From Leucoraja ocellata (lineage: Eukaryota): DNA of 64,000 nt. Location: NCBI GenBank assembly GCA_036785375.1, contig JAWMAR010000478.1, forward strand, positions 930,001-994,000. The letters run 5' to 3'. The notes below the pieces were generated by a model. The model saw only the letters and a program-made list of their open reading frames with translations. It did no database searches and had not been told where the DNA came from. This document shows positions 53,301 through 63,269 of this stretch, piece after piece; within the stretch, counting starts at the first letter, position 1, and each line of letters starts with the position of its first letter. The translations under genes and the position numbers were made by a program.

Positions 53301-56300
53301 GGTTGAGTTGAATTCAGATAAGTTGTGTTACGGTAAATGCAGTTGAGTTTCGTGCAGTTGATTTGTGTTGAGTTTAGTGCAGTTGGGTTTATTCCATTTG
53401 AGTTAAGTTTGGTGCTGTTGATGTAGTTCAGTTGATCATAATGGAGATGAGTTGAGTTGAGTTTAGTTTAGTTCTGTGGAGCGGAGTTGAGTTGAGTGCG
53501 GTTGACATGGGTGTGGTTGATGTGAGAATTGAGTTCAAAACAGTTGTGTTGAGGTAAATGCAGTTGAGTTGAGATGGTTTTAGTGGAGTGAAGTGGGTAC
53601 TGTTGAGTTTAATGTAGTTCAGTTGAATATAATGCATTGCGTATGGTGCATCTGAGTTGACTTTAGTTTAGTATAGTGAAGCGGAGTTGAGTGCAGTTGT
53701 GTTGATGTCAGTGCAGCTTCTCTGAGTTGAGTTTAGTGCAGTTGGTTTAGTGCAGTTGAGTTGGGTTAAGTGTAGTTTTGTGGATGTTCATGCAGTTGAG
53801 GAGATGAGTTTAGAGCTGCTGCGTTGTGTATGGTGCATCTGAGTTGAGTTAAGTGCAGGTGAGTTGATTTGTGTTTACTGCAGTTGAGTTGTGGTGAATA
53901 GTGTTGAGTTGCGTTGAGATGAGTGCAGTTGAGTTGATTTTAATTTAGTGTAGTGAATTTCGGTTTAGGTTGGTTTCGATCAGTTTTCTAACCTGTAGAT
54001 CGTACCCATCACTCTGGGATAATAATGGTCAATATCTTCTGTGCTCTTTCTAAAACCACCATATGCTTCTTGGTTTGGGCTGAACATAACTGAACAAAAT
54101 ACACCCTAACCTAATTGCTATAAGTTTGCATCCTGCCTTCCCTGACTTCAGGGTGTATTTTTAAGTTGTGATGGTTTGGGCATGATCCGATAACTTGTCA
54201 TCGCAAACTTTTTTCTCCACAGGTATTGGTAGACTCCAAGATTCCTTAGACTACAAAATAAACTGTATACGACTGAGTTCATGCTTATTTCTGAATTTGT
54301 CATCAAATATTACTCACGCCAATCTGTTTCTCCCACAGGAGGGTCAAGTGGATACGATAACGGAGGCTACGGTAAATATATTATTGTTTAATATATTCTT
54401 CACTTAATCCACAAAACTATGATGGACAGGTGACAGTCAATGTTGGAATACCGCAGAAGGCTAAAGGACAATGTTCCATGTCGACGATCTGCCAGTGGTG
54501 ACCCCGTCAGTGAGAGGAGCAGAATTCCCTCACAGTTGGCTTTACAAGGAGGGAAAAGGTAGTGAATGAAGCAGGAATCCCAGAAGTCTACACTGCCGAT
54601 ATTGTGATAAGTTGAGTTTATGGCGGTTGAGTTGAATTTAGCTGAGTTTAGTGCAGTTAAGTTGAGTTTCGTCCAATTGAGTTGAGTTGAATTTAATGTT
54701 GTTATGTTCATGCAGTTGAGTTGGGTTTAGAGCAGTTGAGTTGAATGCAATTAGTTTGAGGTTAGTGCAGTTGACTTGAGTTTAGTGTAGTAGAGTTGAG
54801 TTTAGTGCAGTTCAGTTACGTTGAAATTAGTGCAGTTGAGTTTATTACAGTTGAGATAGTTGCTATTTAGTTGATTTGTATTTTGCAGTAGAGTTGGGTG
54901 TACGGCAGTTGTGTTGCGATGGTTTATGTGCAGTTGATGGGTTTAGTGCAGTTGATTTTAGTATGGTGCACTTGTGTCAAGTTCAAAGCGGTTGAGTGGA
55001 GTTTAATGCAGTTGTGTTGATGTTAGTGCAGTTTCTCTGAGTTGAGTTTAGTGCAGTTGCTTTAGTGCAGTTGCTTTAGTGCAGTTGCTTTAGTGCAGTT
55101 GCTTTAGTGCAGTTGCTTTAGTGCAGTTGCTTTAGTGCAGTTGCTTTACTGCAGTTGAGTTAGTGCAGTTGAGTTGGGTTAAATGAGTTGTGTTGATGTT
55201 CGTGCAGTTGAGGAGATGAATTTAGTGCAGCTGCGTTGCGTATAGTGCACCTGAGTTGAGTTCACTGCAGGTGAGTTTATTTCTGTTTACCGCAGTTGAG
55301 TTGATGTGAATTGTGTTGAGTTGAAATTAGTGCAGTTGAGTTGATATTAATTTAGTTTACTGAATTTCAGTTTAGAATGGTTTAGTTAAGTTTACTAACC
55401 TGTAGCTCGTACCCACCACTCTGGGAATAATTCTGGTCAACCTCTTCTGCACTCTTTCGAAAACCACCATATGCTTCTTAGATTAGGTTGAACATAACTG
55501 AACACAATACACCCAAACCAAATTGCTGTAAGGTTGTATCCTGCCTTGCCTGACTTTGAGGTGTATTTTTAGGTTGTGAAGGTTTGTGCACGATCCGATC
55601 AATTGTCATCAAAATCGTTCTTTCTCCACAGGTACTGATAGACTACAATATTCCTTAGCTATGAAATAAACTGTACACGACTGAGTTAAAATGTAAATTC
55701 CTGAATTAATGTCCTGCAATATTATTCACGCTAGTCTGTTTCTCCCACAGGAGGGTCAAGTGGATCCGATAAGAACACAGACTACGGTAAATTTAATGAC
55801 GTTTAATATTCTTTACTGCATCCACAAACACTGATGGACAGGTGACAGCCAATGTTGGAATAACGTTGAAGGCTAAAGGACCAGAGTTAATACTTCATGT
55901 GGCGACCTGCCAGTGCAGACAACGTCAGCGAATGGAGCAGAATTCGCGCACGGTTTGCTTTTCACGGAGGGGAAAGGGTAGTGAATGAAGGAGGAATCCC
56001 AGGGATCAACATGACAGATGTTGTTGAGTTGAGTTCAGTGCAGTTGAGTTGAATTTGGATGAGTTTAATGCATTTGAGATGAGTTGAGTTTAGTCCAATT
56101 GAGTTCAATATAATGGAGTTGAGTTAGTGCAGTTGAGTTGTGTTGAGTTTTGTGCAGTTATGTTGGGTTTCGTGCAATTAAGTTGAGTTCAGTGCATTCG
56201 AATTTGGTGCAGTTGTGTGTAGTTTATTTCAGTGGACTTGAGTTGAGCTTAGTGAAGGTGATTGTAGTGGAGCTGGGTTGTGTTTAGTGCAGTTGGTTGA

Positions 56301-59300
56301 AGTTTGTGCAATTGAGTTCAGTTGAGTATAGTGCACTTGGATTGAGCGGAGTTGAGTGTAGTTGTGTTGAGGTTAGCGCAGTTGAGGAGTTGAGTTTAGT
56401 GCAGCTGAGTTGAGTTGTGTTTCGTGCGGTTGAGTATAGTTTAGTTGAGTTCAGTGAAGTTGAGTTGAATGTAGTTGAGTGGTGTACAGTTGTGTTGATG
56501 TGAATGCATTTGTGTTCAGTGGTGTTAAATTTAGTGCAGTTGAGTTGAGTGTAGTTGAGGAATTGAGTGTTGTGATGAGGTTAATGCAGTTGAGGAGGTC
56601 AGTTTAGTGCAGATGCGTTGAGTTTAGTGCAGATTAATTAAGTGCAGTTGGGTTGAGTTGAATTCAGGTAAGTTGTGTTCAGGTATTGCAGTTGAGTTGA
56701 GTTTCGTGCAGTTGATTTGTGTTGAGTTTAGTGCAGTTGGGTTTATTCTATTTGAGTTTAGTGTTGTTAAGTTTAATGTAGTCCAGATAAATATAATGCA
56801 GTTGAGTTTAGCTTAGTTATCGGAGCGGAGTTGAATGCAGTTGTGGAGTTGAGTTCATTGTGATTAAGTTGAATATAGTTGAGTTTAGTGTAGTTGAGTT
56901 GGGTACAGTTGTGCTGTGGTAAATGCAGTTGAATTTAGTGGTCTTAAATTTCGTGCAGTTAAGTTGAGTGCAGTTGAGGAATTGAGTTTAGTTGTGATGA
57001 GGTTAATGCAGATGAGTTGGGTTTAGTGCAATTGGGTTGAGTTGAATGCAGATTAGTTGAATTTAGTTGTGTTGAGGTGAGTTGAGTTTATTCCATTTGA
57101 GTTGATTTGAGATAAGTGTTGTTGAGTTTAATGTTATTCAATCGAATACAAGTTGTTGAATACATGTGAGTTTAGTTTAGTTATTGGAGCGGAGTTGAGT
57201 CCAGTTATGTTGAGTTTAATGCAGTTGTGGAGTTGAGTCTAGTGTTGTTTAGTGTAGTTGAGGTGAGTACAGTTGAGTTTAGTGTAGTTGAGTTCAGTTG
57301 AGTTTCGTGCAGTTTTGTGTGGTTGTGTTTAGTGCAGTTGGGTTTATTCCATTTGAGTTTAGTGCTGTTGAGTTTAATGTAGTTCAGTTAAATATAATGC
57401 AGTTGAGTTTAGTTTAGCTTAGTTATTGGAACAGAGTTGAGTGCAGATGTGGAGGAGTTTAGTGCAGATGTGCGGAGGTGAATTGAGCTTAGTTGTTGAG
57501 TTTATTGCAGTTGAGTTGAATTCATTGGAGTTGCGATGATTGAAGTTGAGTTGGGTTTAGAGCAGTTGATTTTAGTATGGTGCACTTGAGTTAAGTTCAA
57601 TGCCGTTGAGTGCAGTTGAGTGCAATTGTGTTGAGATTAGTGCAGTTGAGTTGTGTTAAGTGTAGTTTTGTTGATGTTAGTGCAGTTGAGGAGTTGAGTT
57701 TAGTGCAGTTGCGTTTGCTGCAACAGCATTGTGTTTGGTGCAGCTTAGTTGAGTTAAGTGCAGGTGAATTGAATTGTGTTTAGTGCAGTTAAGGAGAATC
57801 ATGTTGATTTGAGATTAGTGCAGAGTTGTTGATATTAATTTAGTTTAGTGAATTTCAGTTTGGATTGGTTCAGTTAAGTTTTCTAACCTGTAGCTCATAC
57901 CTACTACTCTAAGAATAATTCTGGTTAACGTCTTAGAAACATAGAAAATAGGTGCAGGATGAGGTCATTCGGCCCTTCGAGCCAGCACCACCATTCATTC
58001 TGATCATGGCTGATCATCCCCTATCAATAACCCATGCCTGCCTTCTCCCCATATCCCTTGACTCCACTAGCCCCTAGAGCTCTATCTAACTCTCTCTTAA
58101 ATCCATCCAGCGACTTGGCCTCCACTGCCCTCTGTGGCAGGGAATTCCATAAATTCACAACTCTCTGGGTGAAAAAGTTTTTACTCACCTCAGTCTTAAA
58201 TGATCCCCCCTTTATTCTAAGACTGTGGCCCCTGGTTCTGGACTCGCCCAACATTGGGAACATTTTTCCTGCATCTAGCTTGTCCAGTCCTTTTATAATT
58301 TTATATGTTTCTATAAGATCCCCCTCATCCTTCTAAACTCCAGTGAATACAAGCCTAGTCTTTTCAATCTTTCCTCATATGACAGTCCTGCGATCCCAGG
58401 GATCAATCTCGAGAACCTAGGCTGCACAGCCTCAATCACAAGGATGTCCTTCCTCAAATTAGGAGACCAACACTGTACACAATACTCCAGATGTGGTCTC
58501 ACCAGAGCCCTATACAAATGCAGAAGAACCTCTTTAATCGTATACTGAAATCTTCTGCACTCTTTCTAAAATAACCATACCCTTCTTGGATTAGGGTGAA
58601 CATAACTGAACACAATACAACCTAATCTAATTGCTGCAAAGTTGCATCCTGTAGTCCCTGACTTCGGGGTGTATTTTTAGGTTGTGAAGAATGGGCCCGA
58701 TCCGATAACTCGTCAACAAATACTTTCTCTCTTCACAGGAACTGGTAGACTCCAATATTCCTTGGGTACAAAATAATCTGTATGCGACTGAGTTAAAATG
58801 TTCATTTCTGAATTCACGTCATCAAATATTATTCACGCCAGTCTGTTTCTCTAAAGTGGATATGATAAGTACGGAGGCCACGGTTAATTTATTGGAGTTT
58901 AATATATTCTTTAATTAATCCACAAACCACTGATGGACATGTGACAGCCAATGCTGAAATAACGCAGACGTCTAAGGACCAGGGTTAATGTTTCATGTTG
59001 ACGACCTGCCAATGGAGACCCCGTCAGTGAAGGGGGCAGAATTTCCTCACGGATGTATTTTTAAGGAGGGAAAGGGTAGTGAATGGAACAGGAATTCGAC
59101 GGATTAATACTGCAAATGTTGTTGAGTTCATTGCAGTTGAGTTGATCTGAGTATAGTTCAATTTAGTTGAGTTGAATTGAATGCAGTTGAGTTTATGCTG
59201 TCGAGTTGAATGGTTGAGTGCAGTTGAGTTGATTTTAGAGCAGTTGAGATAAGTTGAATACAATTGGGTTGAGGTTAGTGGAGCTTAGTTGAGTTCAGTG

Positions 59301-62300
59301 CAGTTGAGTTTAGAGTAGTTGAAATGAATTAAGTTTAGAGCAGTTGAATCGAGTGCAGTTGAGTTTAGTTCAATTGGGTTGAATGCAGATAAGTTGAATT
59401 GAGTTATGTTCAGTTGTGTTGAGGTAAATGCACTCGAGTTGAATGCTGTTGATTTGTGTCGAGTTGAGTTTAGTGCAGTTGGGTTTATTGCATTTGAGTT
59501 GAATTGAGCGTAGTGCTATTGTGTTTAATGTGGTTCAGTTGAATATAACGCAGTTGAGTTTAGTTTAGTGGAACGGAGTTTAGTGCAGTTGTGCTGAGTT
59601 TTGTGGAGATGTGATTAGAGTAGTTGAGATGAGTGTAGTTGAGTCGAGTTTAGTGCAGTTGATTTGAGATTAGTGCAGTTGAGTTTAATGCAGTTGTTGT
59701 GTTAGGTATAATTTAGTTGACTTGATTATTGCAGTTGAGTTGAGTGTGCTGCAGTTGAGTTGCGATGATTTAAGTGCAGTTAAGTTGGGTTTAGTGTAGT
59801 TGATTTCCGTATTGTGCACTTCAGTCAATGCAATTGAGCACAGTTATGTTGATAGTGTGGTTTCTCTGTGTTTTGTGGAGTTGAGTTGGTTTAAATGCAG
59901 GTGAGTTGATTTGTGTTTACTGCAGTTGACTTGAGGTGAATTGAGTTGTTGAATTGAGATTAGTGCAGTTGAGTTGATTTTAATTTAATTTAAGTAATTT
60001 CAGTTTAAATTGGTTTAGATAAGTTCACTAACCAGCTGCTCATACCCACAACTCTGGGAATAATTCTGGTCAAAGTCTTCTGCACTCTTCCTAAGACCGC
60101 CACATCCTTCTTGGTTTAGGGTGAACATAACTGAACACAATACACCCTAACCTAATTGCTGTAAGGTTGCATCCTGCCGTCCCTGATTTCAGGGTGTATT
60201 TTTAGGTTTTGAAGGTTTGGGCCCGATCCGATAATTTGTCATTAAAATGTTTCTTTCTCCACAGGTACTGGTAGACCCCAAGAGTCCTTTGCTACAAATT
60301 AATCTGTATACGACTGAGTTGAAATGTTCATTTCTGAATTCATGTCATTAAATGTTATTCACACCAGTTTGTTTCTCCTACAGGAGTGTCAAGTGGATAC
60401 GATGAGAGCGGAGGCTCAGGTACATTTATTGTCCTTTAATATATTCTTCACTTAATCCACAAAGCACTGATGGACAGGTGACAGTCAATGTTGGAATAAC
60501 GCAGAAGACTAAAGGACCAGGGTTGATGTTCCATGTCGACGACCTGCCAATGGTGACCCTGCCAGTCAGAGGAGCAGGTTTGCCTTTTCAAGTAGGGGAA
60601 GGGTAGTGAATGAAGCGGGAATCCCAGGGATCCACACGGTGGATGTTGTTGCGTTGAGTTCAGTTCGGTGCAGTAGAGCTGAATTTAGCTGAGTTTAGTG
60701 CAGTTGAGTTTTTAGTCCAATTGGGTTGAGTTGTGTTTGGGTTCATGCAGGTGAGTTGAGTTTAGTGCAGTTTCGTTGAGTTGAATGCAATTGTGTTGAG
60801 GTAAGTGCAGTTGAATTCAGTTCAGTGCTGTTGAGTTGGGTAAAGTGAGTTGAGTTCATGCAGTTGAGTTGTGTCCAATTGGCTTGAGATCAGTGCAGTT
60901 TAGTGCAGTTAAAATGAGTTGAGTTTAGTGCAGTTGAGCTGAGTGTATTTGAGTTAGATTTAGTGCAGTTGAGTTGATTTAAGTTTCGAGCAGTTGAGTT
61001 GAGTTTAGTGCAGTTGTTGTTAGTTGAGTTGAGACTAGTGATGGTGAGTTAAGTTGGGCTTTATGCAGTTTAGTTGAGTTCAGAGTAACTGGGTTGCTCT
61101 GAGTGCAGTTGTGCAGTTATTGAGTGCAGTTATTAAAAATAACTGTGCATAGTTCCCTGAAGGTGGAATCTCATGTAGATAGGATGGTAAAGAAAGCTTT
61201 TGGTGTGCTAGCCTTTATAAATCAGAGCATTGAGTATAGAAGTTGGGATGTAATGTTAAAATTGTACAAGGCATTGGTGAGACCAATTCTGGAGTATGGT
61301 GTACAATTTTGGTCGCCCAATTATAGGAAGGATGTCAACAAAATAGAGAGAGTACAGAGGAGATTTACTTGAATGTTGCCTGGGTTTCAGCAACTAAGTT
61401 ACAGAGAAAGGTTGAATAAGTTAGGTCTTTATTCTTTGGAGCGCAGAAGGTTAAGGGGGGACTTTATCAAGACCTCTATCGTCTTTAAAATGATGAGAGG
61501 GATAGACAGAGTTGACGTGGATAAGCTTTTCCAATTGAGAGTAGGGAAGATTCAAAAAAGGACATGACTTCAGAATTAAGGGACAGAATTTTAGGGGTAA
61601 CATGAGGGGGAACTTCTTTACTCAGAGTGGTAGCTGTGTGGAATGAGCTTCCAGTGGAAGTGGTGGAGGCAGGTTCGATTTTATCATTTAAAAATAAATT
61701 GGATAGGTATATGGACGGGAAAGGAATGGTGGGTTATGATCTGGGTGCAGGTAGATGGGACTAGGGGAAAATAAGTGTTCGGCACGGACTTGTAGGGCCG
61801 AGATGGCCTGTTTCCGTGCTGTAATTGTTATATGGTTATATGGTGTTGACGTTAGTGCAGACTAGGAGTTGAGTTACTGCAGTTGAGTTACTGCAGTTGA
61901 GTTACTGCAGTTGAGTTACTGCAGTTGAGTTACTGCAGTTGGCTTGAGTTGACTTCAGTGCAGTTGATTTCGGCGCAGTTGCGTGCAGTTGACTAGAGTG
62001 CAGTTCAGTTTTTTGTGCAGTTCAGTTGAGTTTAATGATGTTGAGTTTAGTACAGCGCAGTTGTATGCAGTTGTTGTCAGTTTAAAGCAGTTGAATGGTT
62101 ATTTGCTGTGCATTTGAATTTGCTGACGTTGAGTGGCGTTGAAGTTGAGTGGCGTTTAGTGCTGTTGAGTTGAGGTTAGTAGATTTGAGGTTAGTAAATT
62201 TGAGCCGAGTGCGGTTGAGTCGAGTGCGGTTGAGCAGACTTGTTTACTGCAGTTGAGTTGAGTGCACGTGAGCTGAGTTGAGTGCAGTTGGGTTGAAATT

Positions 62301-63054
62301 TGGGCAAGTTCGCTGAGTTGTGTTTAGTGCAGTTGGGTTTAGTGCAGTTGTTTACAGTTGAGTTGGGTTATGTGTGTTGGGTTTAGTGAACTTGAGTTGA
62401 GTTTAATGCAGATGTGTTGAGATTAGTGCAGATTTTCAGAGTTGAGTTTTGTGCAGTTTGGTTTAGTGCAGTTGATTTGTGTTGATGTTAGTGCAGTTGA
62501 GTAGATGAGCTTAGTAGGGTTGCACTGAATTTAGTGCAGGTGAGTTGAGGTGAGTTTAGTGCCGTTGAGTTTAGGTAAGCATAATGCAGTAATCGCTGCA
62601 ATCTAGTGCAGAGATTATTGCATTTGAGTTGATTTTAACTTAGTTTAGTGAATTTCAGTTTAGATTAGTTTAGTTTAGTAACGTGCAACTAGTACCCACT
62701 ACTCTAGGAATTCTGGTCAACCTCTAATGCAATATTTTTAAAACCACCATATTCTTTTCGTATTAGGGCAAACATAGCTGAACTCAATACACCGTAACCA
62801 AATTGTTGTAAGGATGCATCATGACTTCACTGACTTCGGAGTGGATTATGGAAAGTTTTGGCCCAATCTGATGATGTCATCACAACTTACTTTCTCCACA
62901 GATGCTGGTTGACTCCAAGATTAATCTGCTACAGATGTAACTGTATATGACTGAGCTAATATGTTAATTACTGAATTCATTCCATCAAATTATTCACACC
63001 AGTCTGTTTCTCCCACAGGAGGGTCAAGTGTATCCTACATCACTGGCAGCTATG
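489..63054 (+). CDS. Internal part of a putative multi-micro-exon gene encoding a Gly/Ser/Tyr-rich repeat protein (GGSSGYDNGGY)n; 43 intact exons, ~483 aa in window
   Basis: Recurrent tactcac..tctgtttctcccacAG|33 or 36 nt|GTaaat. All intact exons are 3n long, symmetric phase 1-1 and stop-free, and many variants are synonymous in this frame. No start or stop exon is visible. Confidence 0.75.
1436..1468 (+). CDS. micro-exon 2 GGSSGYDNGGY
   Basis: cacAG|33 nt|GTaaat. Confidence 0.7.
2358..2390 (+). CDS. micro-exon 3 GGSSGYDNGGY
   Basis: cacAG|33 nt|GTaaat. Confidence 0.7.
3275..3307 (+). CDS. micro-exon 4 GGSSGYDNGGY
   Basis: cacAG|33 nt|GTaaat. Confidence 0.7.
4729..4764 (+). CDS. micro-exon 5 GGSSGYNKNKGY
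   Basis: aacAG|36 nt|GTaaat; upstream branch-point block deleted. Confidence 0.65.
5978..6010 (+). CDS. micro-exon 6 GGSSGYDNGGY
   Basis: cacAG|33 nt|GTaaat. Confidence 0.7.
6926..6958 (+). CDS. micro-exon 7 GGSSGYDNGGY
   Basis: cacAG|33 nt|GTaaat. Confidence 0.7.
7848..7880 (+). CDS. micro-exon 8 GGSSGYDNGGY
   Basis: cacAG|33 nt|GTaaat. Confidence 0.7.
8795..8827 (+). CDS. micro-exon 9 GGSSGYDNGGY
   Basis: cacAG|33 nt|GTaaat. Confidence 0.7.
9717..9749 (+). CDS. micro-exon 10 GGSSGYDNGGY
   Basis: cacAG|33 nt|GTaaat. Confidence 0.7.
10634..10666 (+). CDS. micro-exon 11 GGSSGYDNGGY
   Basis: cacAG|33 nt|GTaaat. Confidence 0.7.
12088..12123 (+). CDS. micro-exon 12 GGSSGYNKNKGY
   Basis: aacAG|36 nt|GTaaat; same upstream deletion as exon 5. 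Confidence 0.65.
13337..13369 (+). CDS. micro-exon 13 GGSSGYDNGGY
   Basis: cacAG|33 nt|GTaaat. Confidence 0.7.
14285..14317 (+). CDS. micro-exon 14 GGSSGYNNGGY
   Basis: cacAG|33 nt|GTaaat. Confidence 0.7.
15221..15253 (+). CDS. micro-exon 15 GGSSGYDNGGY
   Basis: cacAG|33 nt|GTaaat. Confidence 0.7.
16138..16170 (+). CDS. micro-exon 16 GGSSGYDNGGY
   Basis: cacAG|33 nt|GTaaat. Confidence 0.7.
17864..17899 (+). CDS. micro-exon 17 GGSSGYNKNRGS
   Basis: aacAG|36 nt|GTaaat. Confidence 0.7.
18814..18846 (+). pseudogene. micro-exon copy 18 with acceptor AG>GG (probably skipped)
   Basis: ctcccacGG|gagggtc...; donor intact. Confidence 0.6.
19731..19763 (+). CDS. micro-exon 19 GGSSGYDNGGY
   Basis: cacAG|33 nt|GTaaat. 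Confidence 0.7.
20133..20942 (+). mobile_element. GC-rich non-autonomous retroposon (SINE-like/LINE-derived), copy 1, with internal poly-G
   Basis: Ends in aattaaa(ttgaatc)n tail; flanked by aaatg on both sides (probable TSD); homologous to 23088-23949 and 28785-29648. Confidence 0.75.
20256..20391 (+). repeat. ~135-nt poly-G tract
   Basis: Almost pure G with a few A. Confidence 0.95.
21514..21546 (+). CDS. micro-exon 20 GGSSGYDNGGY
   Basis: cacAG|33 nt|GTaaat. Confidence 0.7.
22444..22476 (+). CDS. micro-exon 21 GGSSGYNNGGY
   Basis: cacAG|33 nt|GTaaat; synonymous TAC>TAT. Confidence 0.7.
23088..23949 (+). mobile_element. GC-rich non-autonomous retroposon, copy 2
   Basis: (ttgaatc)n tail, aaatg TSD, same flanks as copies 1 and 3. 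Confidence 0.78.
24521..24553 (+). CDS. micro-exon 22 GGSSGYDNGGY
   Basis: cacAG|33 nt|GTaaat; synonymous GGA>GGT and TAC>TAT. Confidence 0.7.
25458..25490 (+). CDS. micro-exon 23 GGSSGYDNGGY
   Basis: cacAG|33 nt|GTaaat. Confidence 0.7.
27192..27227 (+). CDS. micro-exon 24 GGSSGYNKNRGS
   Basis: aacAG|36 nt|GTaaat. Confidence 0.7.
28141..28173 (+). CDS. micro-exon 25 GRSSGYNIGGY
   Basis: cacAG|33 nt|GTaaat. Confidence 0.65.
28785..29648 (+). mobile_element. GC-rich non-autonomous retroposon, copy 3
   Basis: (ttgaatc)n tail, aaatg TSD, same flanks as copies 1 and 2. Confidence 0.78.
30221..30253 (+). CDS. micro-exon 26 GGSSGYDNGGY
   Basis: cacAG|33 nt|GTaaat; synonymous GGT, TAT. Confidence 0.7.
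31158..31190 (+). CDS. micro-exon 27 GGSSGYDNGGY
   Basis: cacAG|33 nt|GTaaat; synonymous GGC>GGA. Confidence 0.7.
32870..32905 (+). CDS. micro-exon 28 GGSSGYNKNRGS
   Basis: aacAG|36 nt|GTaaat; synonymous GGG>GGT. Confidence 0.7.
33813..33845 (+). CDS. micro-exon 29 GGSSGYDNGGY
   Basis: cacAG|33 nt|GTaaat. Confidence 0.7.
34742..34774 (+). CDS. micro-exon 30 GGSSGYDNGGY
   Basis: cacAG|33 nt|GTaaat; synonymous TAC>TAT. Confidence 0.7.
35520..36347 (+). mobile_element. 5'-truncated CR1 (HER1-like) LINE: RT C-terminus and 3' UTR
   Basis: ORF with YNVDKCEVIHFG, LVRPHLEYCVQFWSP, LEFRRLRGDLIETYK; (ttctatg)n tail. Confidence 0.95.
36699..36731 (+). CDS. micro-exon 31 GGSSGYDNGGY
   Basis: cacAG|33 nt|GTaaat. 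Confidence 0.7.
38405..38440 (+). CDS. micro-exon 32 GGSSGYDNNRGY
   Basis: aacAG|36 nt|GTaaat. Confidence 0.7.
39575..39607 (+). CDS. micro-exon 33 GGSSGYDNGGY
   Basis: cacAG|33 nt|GTaaat. Confidence 0.7.
40529..40561 (+). CDS. micro-exon 34 GGSSGYDNGGY
   Basis: cacAG|33 nt|GTaaat. Confidence 0.7.
41267..41299 (+). CDS. micro-exon 35 GGSSGYDNGGY
   Basis: cacAG|33 nt|GTaaat. Confidence 0.7.
42467..43013 (-). mobile_element. Penelope-like element fragment (linker and GIY-YIG C-terminal region), internally deleted and hypermutated
   Basis: Minus-strand translation includes RKDRSLRNS, AEHL, NSPSHS.DLSV and RKLEEQH..RLGS..PGG.N.E, matching the vertebrate PLE ORF end. Confidence 0.85.
43014..43781 (+). 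mobile_element. 5'-truncated CR1 LINE fused to the Penelope fragment
   Basis: Near-identical to the 35.5 kb and 51.7 kb copies; ttctatgtttctatggttct tail. Confidence 0.95.
44191..44223 (+). CDS. micro-exon 36 GGPSGYDNGGY
   Basis: cacAG|33 nt|GTaaat. Confidence 0.65.
45117..45149 (+). CDS. micro-exon 37 GGSSGYDNGGY
   Basis: cacAG|33 nt|GTaaat. Confidence 0.7.
45845..46330 (-). mobile_element. Longest copy of a second SINE-like/LINE 3'-end element carried by the array
   Basis: The minus strand ends in aaataacctttgaac.tttcaa, a short tandem tail. Truncated ~240-bp copies lie at about 1, 943, 5474, 6433, 8302, 12833, 13791, 18301, 21024, 24031, 27649, 29730, 33321 and 39071; partial copies at 40922, 42363/43781 and 49022. 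Confidence 0.65.
46358..46480. repeat. 20-bp minisatellite (GAGATGATGATAATGACGTT) ~6x
   Basis: Seen directly. Confidence 0.9.
47315..47438. repeat. 11-bp perfect minisatellite (GTTTGTGTTGG) ~11x
   Basis: Seen directly. Confidence 0.95.
48281..48313 (+). CDS. micro-exon 38 GGSSGCDNEGY
   Basis: cacAG|33 nt|GTaaat. Confidence 0.65.
49661..49693 (+). CDS. micro-exon 39 GGSSGYDKGGY
   Basis: cacAG|33 nt|GTaaat. Confidence 0.68.
51026..51061 (+). CDS. micro-exon 40 GGSSGSDKNEGY
   Basis: cacAG|36 nt|GTaaat. Confidence 0.65.
51733..52544 (+). mobile_element. 5'-truncated CR1 LINE
   Basis: RT C-terminal ORF; (ttctatg)3 tail; TSD tgatgtta at 51725-51732 and 52543-52550. Confidence 0.95.
54339..54371 (+). 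CDS. micro-exon 41 GGSSGYDNGGY
   Basis: cacAG|33 nt|GTaaat. Confidence 0.68.
55047..55148. repeat. 14-bp minisatellite (TTTAGTGCAGTTGC) ~7x
   Basis: Seen directly. Confidence 0.9.
55751..55786 (+). CDS. micro-exon 42 GGSSGSDKNTDY
   Basis: cacAG|36 nt|GTaaat. Confidence 0.65.
57935..58550 (-). mobile_element. 5'-truncated CR1 LINE, different subfamily, antisense
   Basis: Minus-strand YRALVRPHLEYCVQCWSP and FFTQRVVNLWNSLP; tail agaaacatagaaa; 4-bp tctt duplication. Confidence 0.93.
58857..58882 (+). pseudogene. Decayed micro-exon copy 43
   Basis: A deletion removes cacag-gagggtc; the remainder is 26 nt; the donor is weakened to gttaat. Confidence 0.6.
60384..60419 (+). CDS. micro-exon 44 GVSSGYDESGGS
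   Basis: tacAG|36 nt|GTacat. Confidence 0.55.
61136..61844 (+). mobile_element. 5'-truncated CR1 LINE, third subfamily
   Basis: LYKALVRPILEYGVQFWSP and LERRRLRGD; (ttatatgg)n tail. Confidence 0.92.
61867..61941. repeat. 14-bp minisatellite (AGTTGAGTTACTGC) ~5x
   Basis: Seen directly. Confidence 0.9.
63019..63054 (+). CDS. micro-exon 45 GGSSVSYITGSY
   Basis: ttctcccacAG|36 nt|GTaaat in the most diverged unit. Confidence 0.6.
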
Positions 63055-63269
63055 GTAAATTTATTGTGATTCAATATATTTTTCTCTTATTCCACAAAGC
63101 ACTGATGGACAGGGGACAGTCAGTAGTGGGATAACACAGAAGGTTAACGAACAAGGGTTAATATTTTATGTCGGCGACCTGCCAGTAGAAACCCCGTCAG
63201 TGAGAGGTGCAGATTTCACTCACTGTTCAAGGAGGGAGGGTGTAATGAATGAAGCAGGTATCCTCGGTT

